A DNA stretch of 64,000 nt from an uncultured bacterium (GCA_964534175.1 CAZHNS010000009.1:460-64459); one strand, 5' to 3'; positions 35,663 to 45,331 are shown, numbered from the stretch's first letter. Notes: generated from the letters alone by a model not told the origin. Made by a program: numbers and translations.

Positions 35663-38600
35663 CTGAACAAAAGATTATTTGTATCGCTACTTTTTACCAT
35701 TTTCATAACTACCAATTCGGTTTTTGCCAGAGGTAATGAAAAAATCAAATTAACGGGTTTTCGAATCGAATCATCTAAAAAAAACGAGCCATCTAATAAT
35801 ATCGACCGTAAATCTAACCGAACAAAAATCCTATCTTCTCGTTTAGACAGACTTCACAAACTTTACACCGATAAGGGAGAATATATTCAGTTTGCCAAAC
35901 AATCCGACCTGCAACTTATCGAAGATAGAGTAGTTGTAACTGTTTTACCCCAACCCGGTATTACAACGGCAGATATAGATGAAAACAATCTAAAAGCTTT
36001 CGGCTCAAAGATTCAAGCAAAAGCAAAACACTCCATGAGAGTCGAAATACCAATAAGCGAGCTTGAGAATGTAGCAAACTCAATTAAAGAGCTCGCAGAA
36101 ATCATACCCCCTATGAAACCAAAAGAACACGCAGTAACCAGTGAAGGTGTTGCACTTATGAATGCCGACCATTGGCACTCAGTAGGTGATTCGGGAACAG
36201 GTGTTAAAGTAGCTGTTATCGATGGTGGCTTTATGTCCTTAACTGATGCGCAAACCGAAGATGACATACCATCATCTTATGTAAGTCATGACTTTTCCGG
36301 AACCGGGCTCGAGGCAGGTACGCCCCATGGTACAGCCGTAGCTGAAGCAATTTTTGATCTGGTTCCTAACGCAGAATTTTATTTATACAAGATAGCAGAT
36401 GGAACCGATCTTGAAAACGCAAAAGATTCCTGCATCAGTAATGGTGTCGACATCGTCAACCATTCAATGGGATGGTACAATGCCAGTTACTACGACGGCA
36501 CGGGGCTTATTTGTAATATTATCGATGATGCCATCTCCAACGGTATTTGCTGGGTCAATTCAGCAGGTAATGACGCAGAAATGCATTATCGTTCTGTTTT
36601 TGATGATACCAATAGAACACATAATTTCAGCGGCAGCGGTGGAAACATTAACTATTTTGGTCCCGGAGACGGATCCGCCTATGTCATCGATGCAGGGTCT
36701 AGAATCGATGTTTTTCTAAACTGGGACGCTTATCCAACTACCACGGAAGATTATGATCTGGCGTTATATTACTGGAGGGAAGCACCACCACCATCGCAAT
36801 GGATATTAGTTGACGCTTCCACCAATGATCAAACCAGCGGAAGCTGGCCATATCCTACCGAACAAATATCTTATGTAGCCGAACATACGACTCCATACGG
36901 TGTAGTTGTCTGGGAGGACTCGACCACCATGAATCATGACTTTACGCTTTTCAACTGGATAGCTCCTTTTAATTACCAGACCGCGTCGAGCAGCATCACA
37001 GATCCTGCAAGTGCAACAGACGTCATTTCTGTCGGTGCTATAGATAGAAATGACTATACAAGTGGTCCCCAGGAAGACTTCAGCTCTCAGGGACCTACAA
37101 CAGACGGAAGAACCAAACCGGATGTCGCAGCACCTGACAATTGTAATAGTTACGCTTACGGATATTGGTACGGCACTTCCCTATCATCCCCGCATACAGC
37201 CGGGGTCTGCGCTTTACTTAAATCACGATTCCCCGGATATAGTAATACTGAAATCCGAGATTATCTATATACGAATTGTACAGTTGATTTGGGAACCTTA
37301 GGAAAAGATAATATCTATGGCTGGGGAAAAGTCGAAATGCCGGACATTTCCTTAACGGTAACTTCTCCCAATGGCGGAGAAGATTTTCAGGTAGACAGTG
37401 TTCATAATGTTACCTGGACTTCAAGCGGTACAAGCGGAGGTGTCAAAATTGAATATTCTACCAACAATGGAACGAGCTGGGCGGACGTGATTGCGAGCAT
37501 TCCCGATACGGGGGTTTATCCCTGGACTATACCTGATACGCCTTCAGATAGTTGTCTTCTTCGGATAACCGACACAATTGGGAGCCCTTCGGATACAAGT
37601 GATGCTTTATTTACGATTTCCCCGATTCCGTTCATAACAGTTGCTACTCCCAACGGTGGAGAGGACTGGCAGGTAGCAAGCAGCCAAGACATTACATGGA
37701 CTTCGAGCGGTACAAGTGGGGGCGTCCGGGTACAATATTCGACCGACAGTGGCTCGAGCTGGTCGGACGTGATTGCGAGCATTCCCGACACCGGAGCTTA
37801 CTCCTGGACTATACCTGATACACCTTCAGACAGTTGTCTTGTGAGAGTTGCGGATACAAATGAAAGTCTCGCGGATACAAGTGATGCCATATTTACGATT
37901 TCCCCGATTCCGTTCATAACAGTTGCCACTCCCAACGGTGGAGAAAACTGGCAGGTAGCAAGCAGCCAAGACATTATCTGGACTTCAAGTGGTACAAGTG
38001 GAGGCGTCCGGGTACAATATTCGACCGACAGTGGCTCGAGCTGGTCGGACGTAATTGCAAGCATTCCCGACACCGGGGCTTATCCCTGGACTATACCTGA
38101 TACACCTTCAGACAGTTGTCTTGTGAGAATTGCCGATACAAATGGAAGCCTCGCGGATACAAGTGATGCCATATTTACGATTTCCCCTATCCCATACATA
38201 ACGATTACGGCACCAAACGGCAGAGAAGACTGGGGAAGAGGTTATAGTTATGATATTACATGGACTTCGGCTGGTACCAGTGGCGACGTCAGAGTCGAAT
38301 ATTCTATCAACAATGGGACAAACTGGTCAGACGTAATTGCCAGTATGCCCGATACGGGGGCATATCCCTGGACAATCCCCACTGATACAATTTCGGATAG
38401 TTGTCTTGTTAGAATATCCGATACGGATGGAAGTCCAGTGGACACAAGCGATTCCATATTTGCAATCGTATCTGTTACATCTATCCCTATACCTAAATTA
38501 CCCGAAGTTTATTCTTTTAATACAAAAGGAATCACCGCAGGAAATCTGTTTGAAATAAAATACGCTCTTCCCGAAAAAGCTAAGTTCAAACTTGAGGTAT

Positions 38601-38767
38601 ATGATATAAAAGGAACAAAAATAGAAGAGATTTCAGAAGAAAATCGAGCGGGCTTCTATTCAATGAAGATAAACATGAGTGGTAAACCTGCAGGTGTGTA
38701 CTTTATCAGAATGGAAGCAAATGGGAAAAAATTTACCAAAACAAATAAGGTTGTATTAGTAAGATAG
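35663..38767 (+). CDS. Secreted S8 (subtilisin-like) serine protease with four Ser/Thr-rich Ig-like repeats and a FlgD/T9SS-like C-terminal domain; predicted CTG start
   Basis: Catalytic triad VAVIDGG, PHGTAVA, YGTSLSSP. The frame is open for 124 codons upstream of ATG 36035 and encodes signal peptide (M)NKRLFVSLLFTIFITTNSVFA. SD AGGAGG 35651-35656; in-frame TAG 35645-35647; 1034 aa. Confidence 0.9.
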   Translation: MNKRLFVSLLFTIFITTNSVFARGNEKIKLTGFRIESSKKNEPSNNIDRKSNRTKILSSRLDRLHKLYTDKGEYIQFAKQSDLQLIEDRVVVTVLPQPGITTADIDENNLKAFGSKIQAKAKHSMRVEIPISELENVANSIKELAEIIPPMKPKEHAVTSEGVALMNADHWHSVGDSGTGVKVAVIDGGFMSLTDAQTEDDIPSSYVSHDFSGTGLEAGTPHGTAVAEAIFDLVPNAEFYLYKIADGTDLENAKDSCISNGVDIVNHSMGWYNASYYDGTGLICNIIDDAISNGICWVNSAGNDAEMHYRSVFDDTNRTHNFSGSGGNINYFGPGDGSAYVIDAGSRIDVFLNWDAYPTTTEDYDLALYYWREAPPPSQWILVDASTNDQTSGSWPYPTEQISYVAEHTTPYGVVVWEDSTTMNHDFTLFNWIAPFNYQTASSSITDPASATDVISVGAIDRNDYTSGPQEDFSSQGPTTDGRTKPDVAAPDNCNSYAYGYWYGTSLSSPHTAGVCALLKSRFPGYSNTEIRDYLYTNCTVDLGTLGKDNIYGWGKVEMPDISLTVTSPNGGEDFQVDSVHNVTWTSSGTSGGVKIEYSTNNGTSWADVIASIPDTGVYPWTIPDTPSDSCLLRITDTIGSPSDTSDALFTISPIPFITVATPNGGEDWQVASSQDITWTSSGTSGGVRVQYSTDSGSSWSDVIASIPDTGAYSWTIPDTPSDSCLVRVADTNESLADTSDAIFTISPIPFITVATPNGGENWQVASSQDIIWTSSGTSGGVRVQYSTDSGSSWSDVIASIPDTGAYPWTIPDTPSDSCLVRIADTNGSLADTSDAIFTISPIPYITITAPNGREDWGRGYSYDITWTSAGTSGDVRVEYSINNGTNWSDVIASMPDTGAYPWTIPTDTISDSCLVRISDTDGSPVDTSDSIFAIVSVTSIPIPKLPEVYSFNTKGITAGNLFEIKYALPEKAKFKLEVYDIKGTKIEEISEENRAGFYSMKINMSGKPAGVYFIRMEANGKKFTKTNKVVLVR
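37349..38475 (+). repeat. Four 282-bp tandem coding repeats (94 aa)
   Basis: PNG codons at 37367, 37649, 37931 and 38213 (exact 282-nt period); copies 2 and 3 are nearly identical. Confidence 0.92.
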
Positions 38768-38876
38768 TCAATTTAGAGATTATTTAAATCTCAGTCAAAT
38801 TATCAAGTTGTTCTTATACTTATAAATACAACAAAACAATTTGTTTCTCGCAGGTAGGAACTTGTTTTATGAATTT

Positions 38877-39083
38877 TTACGGTTTCTTTAAATAAAACAC
38901 ATATATGGGTTTTATAAGGCAGAGTATACACAATCCAACAAACCACCAGATATTAATATTCAATATTCTTGGAAATATTTTGGCTATAATTAATGTTATA
39001 AATAATGTAGCCCATTGGGTTAACTTCAGATCAAAGACGCTCATATTCTCCACTCGCTTATTCATCTTATTTATAAAATCCAT
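38877..39083 (-). CDS. Small membrane protein (68 aa, 2 TM), function unknown
   Basis: SD-like GGGAAG, two hydrophobic helices, follows the channel gene by 17 nt. Confidence 0.6.
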   Translation of the reverse strand: MDFINKMNKRVENMSVFDLKLTQWATLFITLIIAKIFPRILNINIWWFVGLCILCLIKPIYVFYLKKP

Positions 39084-39100
39084 CTTCCCCTCCTTACATA

Positions 39101-40225
39101 TTATAATTTAATTGGCTCAGACTCTGCAATTATAAAAAGGGCATCTCCCTGTTGAATCTTGTAAGAACTCTGCGGGTTAACAACAATGAGTCTGTTCTTC
39201 TCTTCTACCTTATGAAGTACATCCATAGATAATTTTCTTCTTATCTCCGGCGAATCATCAATTTCCACTCCCAACAATATCATCTTACGTTTTGCCAGAA
39301 TACTAAGAACTTCCGAAAACTCCTTCCCTATAATCTCATCAGAGAATTCTCTATCATAACGGTAAAATTCACTACCCGAGTTAAATGTCAATAATTCTGT
39401 TATTATATTTGATACTCCCGGATTTAGAGAAGAAGCAACGCTAAGACTCCCGCCTAACTGGTCAAGACAGATTATTTCATCAGCATGAGCTCGCTCAAGA
39501 TGAATTCGATTAGCCGAATTAAGTAACTGAACACTTGTATGAACCTCTCGATGCAGAGATTCTACTGCCAGGACGATCATTAACGCTTCAGCATCTGCTT
39601 CATTTGCTTCTTTTCTAAGATCACTGAGTACAATAACGCTGCTTGCTTTTTTAACGCCAGCGTTTAATAAATCCTCATCTTGCGTAGGATCTCCTTTTAC
39701 GAATTCAACCCTTTCATCCTGCACAGGCCGAGTATCAAGATTTGCTAAAATAACTATATTTTTCTTTACCTTTAAGTCCGTGTTCTGCAATTTTTCTACA
39801 ATTCTCTTTCCCTGGAAATTCCAACCACAAATTATAATATGTTTTGAAAAGTTTACTTTCTTCACAATACTTCCTCCTCTTGCGACAAACTCTACAAATA
39901 CGGTAGTAATTTTAGCAGTAACAACAGCAACAAATAGTAAACTCACTAAAAGTGAAGTCAACATCCCAATTTTGGTCAAAAAACATTTTACCTCTAAAAC
40001 CCCTAATTCTCCCAAAAAAGCGGGTAAAAGCATTACACTAGCTTCTGCGAAACTGAGACCTTCGAGAATTGTTATAAGTATGGTTATACCAACATAAATA
40101 ATTACAAAAAGACCAAGAACAAATATTAAGGGTCGTCTTACAAATTGTTTCTGCAAAAAACGAATAGATTGATGTACTTTAAATCTCTTTATTCTTGAGA
40201 AAAAAATAAAGATTCCCTTTTTCAA
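39101..40225 (-). CDS. 2-TM ion channel with RCK (TrkA-N/TrkA-C) gating domain and non-canonical filter
   Basis: TM1-pore-TM2, then HIIICGWN, FVKGDPT..LLNAGVKKA, ADEII. Probable TTG start at 40225 after GGAG; the ORF track extends to ATG 40288. Confidence 0.85.
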   Translation of the reverse strand: MKKGIFIFFSRIKRFKVHQSIRFLQKQFVRRPLIFVLGLFVIIYVGITILITILEGLSFAEASVMLLPAFLGELGVLEVKCFLTKIGMLTSLLVSLLFVAVVTAKITTVFVEFVARGGSIVKKVNFSKHIIICGWNFQGKRIVEKLQNTDLKVKKNIVILANLDTRPVQDERVEFVKGDPTQDEDLLNAGVKKASSVIVLSDLRKEANEADAEALMIVLAVESLHREVHTSVQLLNSANRIHLERAHADEIICLDQLGGSLSVASSLNPGVSNIITELLTFNSGSEFYRYDREFSDEIIGKEFSEVLSILAKRKMILLGVEIDDSPEIRRKLSMDVLHKVEEKNRLIVVNPQSSYKIQQGDALFIIAESEPIKL

Positions 40226-40452
40226 ATATTCAATCTCCTTTGTTATAAATATTAAATAAAAAAGTGATATAGTCAAGGGAAAACCCATGCCTGCAACTAA
40301 AAATAGAGCTAAATAGTTCCAGTTCTACCTATAGATATAACGGAACTTTTTTTAAGGCGAATTCATATCTTTTCATAGTTAATTTTAGCTCAAGGAAAGA
40401 TTTAAAAAAATTTAGAGTTGACAAAAACTAAAACATAATAAAATTTATACAA

Positions 40453-41244
40453 ATGGACGCGGAAACAATATACTATAAAATCATAGAAAAAATCAAGAAA
40501 TACTTCAATGAAAACAATATCAACCGAGCAGTTATAGGATTAAGCGGCGGCCTGGACTCAAGCATTACCGCTTTACTCACAACCGACGCAATCGGAAAAG
40601 AAAATATCGATTGTCTACTTTTGCCTACCGAATTCACACAAGAGGACAGCAAAAAAGACGCGTATGAACTATGTGAAAATCTGCAGGTTCCACTAACTGA
40701 ATTTGATATAACCAATATATTCGATATATATATCGAAGCACTAGCCAAAAAATTTATAATTAAAGGAATTAATATACCCGAAGAGAATCTCCAGGCACGA
40801 ATCAGAGCAAATCTTCTGATGTATGTTGCGAACAAAAAAAACGCGATTGTAATTGCAACGGGAAATCGCTCGGAAATATTAACGGGTTATTGCAGCCTTT
40901 ACGGCGACACTGTGGGCGCAATTGCTCCTATAGGCAGTCTATACAAAACAGAAGTGAATGAACTGGCAAATTGGATTAACAAGAATAAAGGAAATCCAAT
41001 TCCAGAATCGATTATAAAAAAAGCTCCTTCTGCGGAATTAAATATAGACCAAAAAGACGAGGAAGAACTCCTGCCCTATAAAATACTCGACCCCATTTTG
41101 GGGCTCTATGTCGATGAGGGTAAAAGTAAAGAGGAAATTATAGCCGCGGGTTTTAAAAAAGAAGACGTAGAAAAAACCATTAATCTTGTCGAATCGAGCC
41201 GTTTTAAACGTATAAAACTCCCGGTTATTATTGAAATAAAGTAA
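40453..41244 (+). CDS. nadE: NH3-dependent NAD+ synthetase
   Basis: IGLSGGLDS, ENLQARIR, ATGNRSE, GYCSLYGD, PIGSLYKTEV, KAPSAEL; no glutaminase domain. Confidence 0.96.
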   Translation: MDAETIYYKIIEKIKKYFNENNINRAVIGLSGGLDSSITALLTTDAIGKENIDCLLLPTEFTQEDSKKDAYELCENLQVPLTEFDITNIFDIYIEALAKKFIIKGINIPEENLQARIRANLLMYVANKKNAIVIATGNRSEILTGYCSLYGDTVGAIAPIGSLYKTEVNELANWINKNKGNPIPESIIKKAPSAELNIDQKDEEELLPYKILDPILGLYVDEGKSKEEIIAAGFKKEDVEKTINLVESSRFKRIKLPVIIEIK

Positions 41245-41249
41245 GAAAA

Positions 41250-41450
41250 AGTAGAATTCAGAAGCTACAAATCAGAATCCCACTCCAAGAAAAAAATAAC
41301 TTTACCATAGAGGGCACATAGCAAGAAATATCTAAGTTTGCTTAAAACTCAACACACTCAGCAAAAGAATTTGCCACTGGCTGACACGGATTTCCACAAA
41401 AAAAAGGAAGTTTTATTTTGTTTTTAAAACCTATCTCACCCCCAATCTTC
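41250..41450. repeat. Short-period intergenic repeats
   Basis: AGAATTCAGAAGCTACAAATCAGAATCC; ACCATAGAGGGCACATAG; CCACTGGCTGACACGGATTTCCAC; AAAACCTATCTCACCCCCAATC resembles ~1005-1030. Confidence 0.6.
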
Positions 41451-41593
41451 GACATCCAGATACTTGTATTTTTTTTGAGCAGCAAACACACTCTCAAAAT
41501 CATAAACCGCACTCCAACAATTCGCCTTCTTCTAAATATAGTGTTTTTATCTAATAATAATTGTTATTATTAGATAAAATATAATTTTTCCTC

Positions 41594-41622
41594 TTGACAT
41601 CATCTTCGATTTTAATTATACT
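41594..41622 (+). promoter_or_regulatory. Promoter TTGACA-N17-TATACT
   Basis: Hexamers at 41594-41599 and 41617-41622. Confidence 0.7.
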
Positions 41623-41776
41623 AGAAAAGTATATTATAATTATACATAATAAAGCTAAGTTTTTTATGTGTGAAATTGCATTGTTTTATTGGAGGACAAT
41701 TGAAGTTAAATTCTAAAGATATTGTTATTTTTTTAGTTAACACAAATTCATACTCAAACCAAAAAGGAGGTGAAGT

Positions 41777-42592
41777 ATGAAAAAAGCAATTTTTGTAGTT
41801 GTTGTATTATTGTTAGTCAGTATGGTTACCTATGGAGAGGATCTATGGAGGAGAGTTGGTGCCGGAAGCGAAATAGCTCCTATACAATACATAGATTACG
41901 TAGGTATTGGAACAACATCACCGAATTACACATTAGATGTCGTAGGAACAACAAGATTGACTGGATTGCTAAGACAAAACAACGGAAATGTTTGGCTTGC
42001 ATCAGGAAGTAATTATAAAGTCGGTATTGGAACGACGAGTCCTATAAACAAATTCCATGTGCAATGCAATTCAAGTGCACCAAGTCAGCCAGAGTATAAA
42101 TGGGCTGCTATTTATGGTTATAACAGTGCCACCTCGTATGGTCCAATTGGTGTATATGGAAGAGTAAATGCAAGTGGTGGCAAAGCTGTTTATGGACATA
42201 ATGAAAATGCTAATGGATATGGTGGTTATTTCGTTGGAAAAGGTTATTTTTCTGGCAATGTCGGCATCGGGACGACAGATCCAGGTAGTTACGAACTTGC
42301 TGTTAACGGAGAAATACTGGCAAAGGAAATAAAAGTTGAAACAGGCTGGTCCGATTTTGTCTTCGCAGACAATTACCAGTTAATGCCTCTCGATAAACTT
42401 GAGCAACACATCAAGGTTAATAAAAGTCTACCCGGAATTCCCACGGAAAAAGAAGTACTCGAAAATGGTGTAAGTCTCGGAGAAATGCAGTCAAAACTCT
42501 TAGAAAAGGTCGAAGAATTGACTCTTTATGTAATTGAATTGAAGAAAGAGAATGAAGAACTAAAAACACGCATTTCCACATTAGAGAAGTAG
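41777..42592 (+). CDS. Secreted fibre-like protein with VGIGTTxP repeats and a C-terminal chaperone-like/coiled-coil domain
   Basis: Signal peptide; three VGIGTT(S/D)P units; WSDFVFADNY.LMPL...LPGIP...GVSLGEM..KLLEKVEELTLY, then a coiled coil. Confidence 0.8.
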   Translation: MKKAIFVVVVLLLVSMVTYGEDLWRRVGAGSEIAPIQYIDYVGIGTTSPNYTLDVVGTTRLTGLLRQNNGNVWLASGSNYKVGIGTTSPINKFHVQCNSSAPSQPEYKWAAIYGYNSATSYGPIGVYGRVNASGGKAVYGHNENANGYGGYFVGKGYFSGNVGIGTTDPGSYELAVNGEILAKEIKVETGWSDFVFADNYQLMPLDKLEQHIKVNKSLPGIPTEKEVLENGVSLGEMQSKLLEKVEELTLYVIELKKENEELKTRISTLEK

Positions 42593-42673
42593 TGTCTTGA
42601 AGTTAAATCGATTGAACATAAAAATGTTAAAGAAATATCTTATCCAAGAACAGATAAAAAGTAGGAGGCTTAA

Positions 42674-44419
42674 ATGGTAAATTTTAAATTCAAGACTCTT
42701 CTAATCCTATTACTCTTCTTAATAGCTACTTCGTTATCTGCGGAAGAACGACCGGTAATACAATGGTCAAATACCTACGGTGAAGGAGTTGCTCGTTCGA
42801 TTCAGCAGACTTCCGATGGAGGGTTCATTGTCTGTGGCGATACCGCAAGCGGCTCATTTGATGATGCAAGAATACAAACGATTAAACTCAATTCATCCGG
42901 AGGAACAACATGGCGAAAAACTCTTTCTTGGGAAGGTGCATATGACTTTGGAAATGGGTTTTCCGTCCAAGAGACCTCTGATGGTAATTATATAGTCTGT
43001 GGACACTTAGGATTAAGGCACTTCCTGGCTAAACTGGATTCGGATGGAGACAGCGTTTGGACTGCCTTTCCAGAGGATTATAATGGATACAGTGCCACAG
43101 GGCATACAGTCCGTCAAACTTCGGATGGAGGATATATAAGCGTAGGAACAACTTGGTTAATGAGCGGCTTAGGCGGCGGGGTAATAACTAAGATATTTGT
43201 TGCAAAAACAAGCTCTCAAGGCGACACTTTATGGCAACGAAATTATTATCTTGCAGAAACAGGAATAAACGAAGGCTATTCAATTTTACAATCAGGAGAT
43301 AGTGATTATATTATCGCCGGTTATGCAACCAATCCTGATGACACAACAATTGACCGTGCTGTACTTTTCAAAATAGATAGTTTATCAATCTACGGTTGGG
43401 CCCCACCGGTATGGTATCAATGTTACGGATCAAGCGAAGCAAAGATTTTTTCAGTAATAAAAACATCTGATGGTGGATTTATAACGACAGCGGGAAAAAA
43501 CGGCGGAGATATTATAATCACAAAAACTAACTCAAGCGGGGACTCCTTATGGGCAAAGACATTTGATGGTTCTCAAGGACCTTTCTATGCCAGTGAAGAG
43601 AAAGCAGACGCCGGCGATCATTTGATTCAACAAACCACCGACGGCGGATTCGTCATAACTGGACAAAAAGATGGAGATGTCTATCTGTTTAAGATAGACT
43701 CAGATGGAGACACTCTATGGACAGGAAAATATGGAGATGGCTATGGACGTTCAGTTTATTGTACTTCAGACGGTGGATACGTTATTGCCGGAGAACAAAA
43801 TGGAGACTTTCTTGTTACAAAAGTAATTCCTTCATACTTATTGCTTCAGAACGACACAGTAGGAATAGGAGATACAAATAATTACGTCGCCAGAGATTCA
43901 ATTAAAGCAGCCGGAAATTCTACTTACTTTGTGATAGAAGGCAACGGTTCAACCGGCGGTTATTGCACAATGGAAGCCGGAATCCTGATTACACTAAAAC
44001 CGGGGTTCCAGGCACAAACAGGTAGTATCTTTAGCGCAATTATCAACACCTCATTAGGCTTATCATCGTATAAGAGTCTTCCAGGACTATCCTTCCCTGA
44101 GAATACTGAATCAGAGAAAGAGACTAAAGAGACTATTCCCAAAGTCTTCAGCTGCGCGCAGAACAAACCCAATCCCTTCACGCGTAATACAACCATTAAC
44201 TACGGATTGCCGAAGGATTCCGATGTTATTCTCACTGTCTACAACCTGGCAGGTCAGGCAGTTCGAACCTTGGTTAACGCAAACCAAACTGCAGGATTTA
44301 AATCGGTCATGTGGGATGGAAAAAACAGCATGGGTGCACATGTACCTAAAGGCGTATACTTCTACGTTTTCAAGGCGGGCGACTTTGAAAAACACCATAA
44401 GATGATATTACTTAAGTGA
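42674..44419 (+). CDS. Secreted beta-propeller repeat protein with 3-coathanger-stack-like domain and FlgD/T9SS-like C-terminal domain
   Basis: Repeated (Q/E)TSDGG(F/Y)I..G and GD(T/S)LW motifs; ARDSIKA...ITLKPGFQAQTGS; QNKPNPF..TTINYGL..YNLAGQ..WDGKN..GVYFY. Confidence 0.85.
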   Translation: MVNFKFKTLLILLLFLIATSLSAEERPVIQWSNTYGEGVARSIQQTSDGGFIVCGDTASGSFDDARIQTIKLNSSGGTTWRKTLSWEGAYDFGNGFSVQETSDGNYIVCGHLGLRHFLAKLDSDGDSVWTAFPEDYNGYSATGHTVRQTSDGGYISVGTTWLMSGLGGGVITKIFVAKTSSQGDTLWQRNYYLAETGINEGYSILQSGDSDYIIAGYATNPDDTTIDRAVLFKIDSLSIYGWAPPVWYQCYGSSEAKIFSVIKTSDGGFITTAGKNGGDIIITKTNSSGDSLWAKTFDGSQGPFYASEEKADAGDHLIQQTTDGGFVITGQKDGDVYLFKIDSDGDTLWTGKYGDGYGRSVYCTSDGGYVIAGEQNGDFLVTKVIPSYLLLQNDTVGIGDTNNYVARDSIKAAGNSTYFVIEGNGSTGGYCTMEAGILITLKPGFQAQTGSIFSAIINTSLGLSSYKSLPGLSFPENTESEKETKETIPKVFSCAQNKPNPFTRNTTINYGLPKDSDVILTVYNLAGQAVRTLVNANQTAGFKSVMWDGKNSMGAHVPKGVYFYVFKAGDFEKHHKMILLK

Positions 44420-44487
44420 CAAATGTTAGGAGGTTAGAGAGTTAGAAAGTTAGGAAGTTAGATAAAAAAACGGGACAAGGAGTAGTT

Positions 44488-44535
44488 AAAAAATCGGCTC
44501 AGGATTTCAATTGAGGAGTCCTGAGTCGATTCTCA
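44488..44535. terminator. 12-bp hairpin between convergent operons (terminator)
   Basis: ATCGGCTCAGGA (44493-44504) pairs with TCCTGAGTCGAT (44519-44530); the A-run on its left gives a U-tract on the minus strand. Confidence 0.75.
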
Positions 44536-44578
44536 TTTAGAAAAACTGTTTGTTTTTTCTGCCGTCAGCTGTCGGCGG

Positions 44579-45331
44579 TCAGCTGCCAGCCTTCTTTCCA
44601 ATGGCCTTAATTATACCCGTTGCGTTTGAGACCCAGTTTATACCCTTACACTTAAGTCTCTCCAAACTTGCGAATTTATTCAAACCTGTTTTCGCCGAAA
44701 GATTAAAAAGAGTATCAATCGTGTATACTCCCCAACGCCCAATAAGGTAAGGATTTTTTGTCTTAGACGGAGTAGAAACAAATGCCTTTTCGTAACCGAC
44801 TTCCCCGGCTAATTCACTTTCATCCCTTCTTATTCTACCAAAAGGATAGGAAAGATATTTGACTCTCTCCCCTGTTTTATCAGATATAGTTTTAAGCGAT
44901 ATCTCCATATCTTTTCTAACTAAATCCACTGGACTTCGTGAATAATCAGGATGAAGATGGGAATGAGAACCAATTGTTATACCGTATCTATGCATCTCTT
45001 TAATTTTGTTCCATGAAAGATGTGTAAAAGATTTCCCCAGTGTAACCTCCCAATCATTTCTCTTCCCCGCATATCCGGAAACCACAAATATTAAAGCAGG
45101 CACATTCTCATCTTTAAGCACAGGAAAAGCAAACTCATATAGATCGACAAAACCATCATCGAAAGTAATTAAAACTCCTGAATCTTCTTTGAAAAATTCA
45201 TGAGGCTTAAGAAATTTAAGACCTTTTCTTTTTAAAAATCTTATATGTTTTGCGAAAACATCCGGAAATACAATTGAACCGTATGGGGAAAAAGTCCTAG
45301 CTATATTATGGTAGAGAAGGATCGACTTCAT
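44579..45331 (-). CDS. Polysaccharide deacetylase (CE4/NodB, IcaB/PgaB-like)
   Basis: ILLYH, LITFDDG, GSHSHLH, YLSYPFG; start MKSILLYH at 45331. Confidence 0.9.
   Translation of the reverse strand: MKSILLYHNIARTFSPYGSIVFPDVFAKHIRFLKRKGLKFLKPHEFFKEDSGVLITFDDGFVDLYEFAFPVLKDENVPALIFVVSGYAGKRNDWEVTLGKSFTHLSWNKIKEMHRYGITIGSHSHLHPDYSRSPVDLVRKDMEISLKTISDKTGERVKYLSYPFGRIRRDESELAGEVGYEKAFVSTPSKTKNPYLIGRWGVYTIDTLFNLSAKTGLNKFASLERLKCKGINWVSNATGIIKAIGKKAGS

Noticed and set aside
32781-38475. CRISPR-like arrays suggested by the 120-bp and 282-bp periodicities
   Set aside because: The repeats are in-frame protein domains with no unique spacers, and there are no cas genes
41777-42592. Prophage or tailocin remnant
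   Set aside because: The gene has a Sec signal peptide, and there is no integrase, capsid, sheath, baseplate or lysis gene nearby
44521-44540. Third Fur box (GATTCTCATT core)
   Set aside because: Only the core matches, and it lies in a terminator stem between convergent 3' ends, not at a promoter
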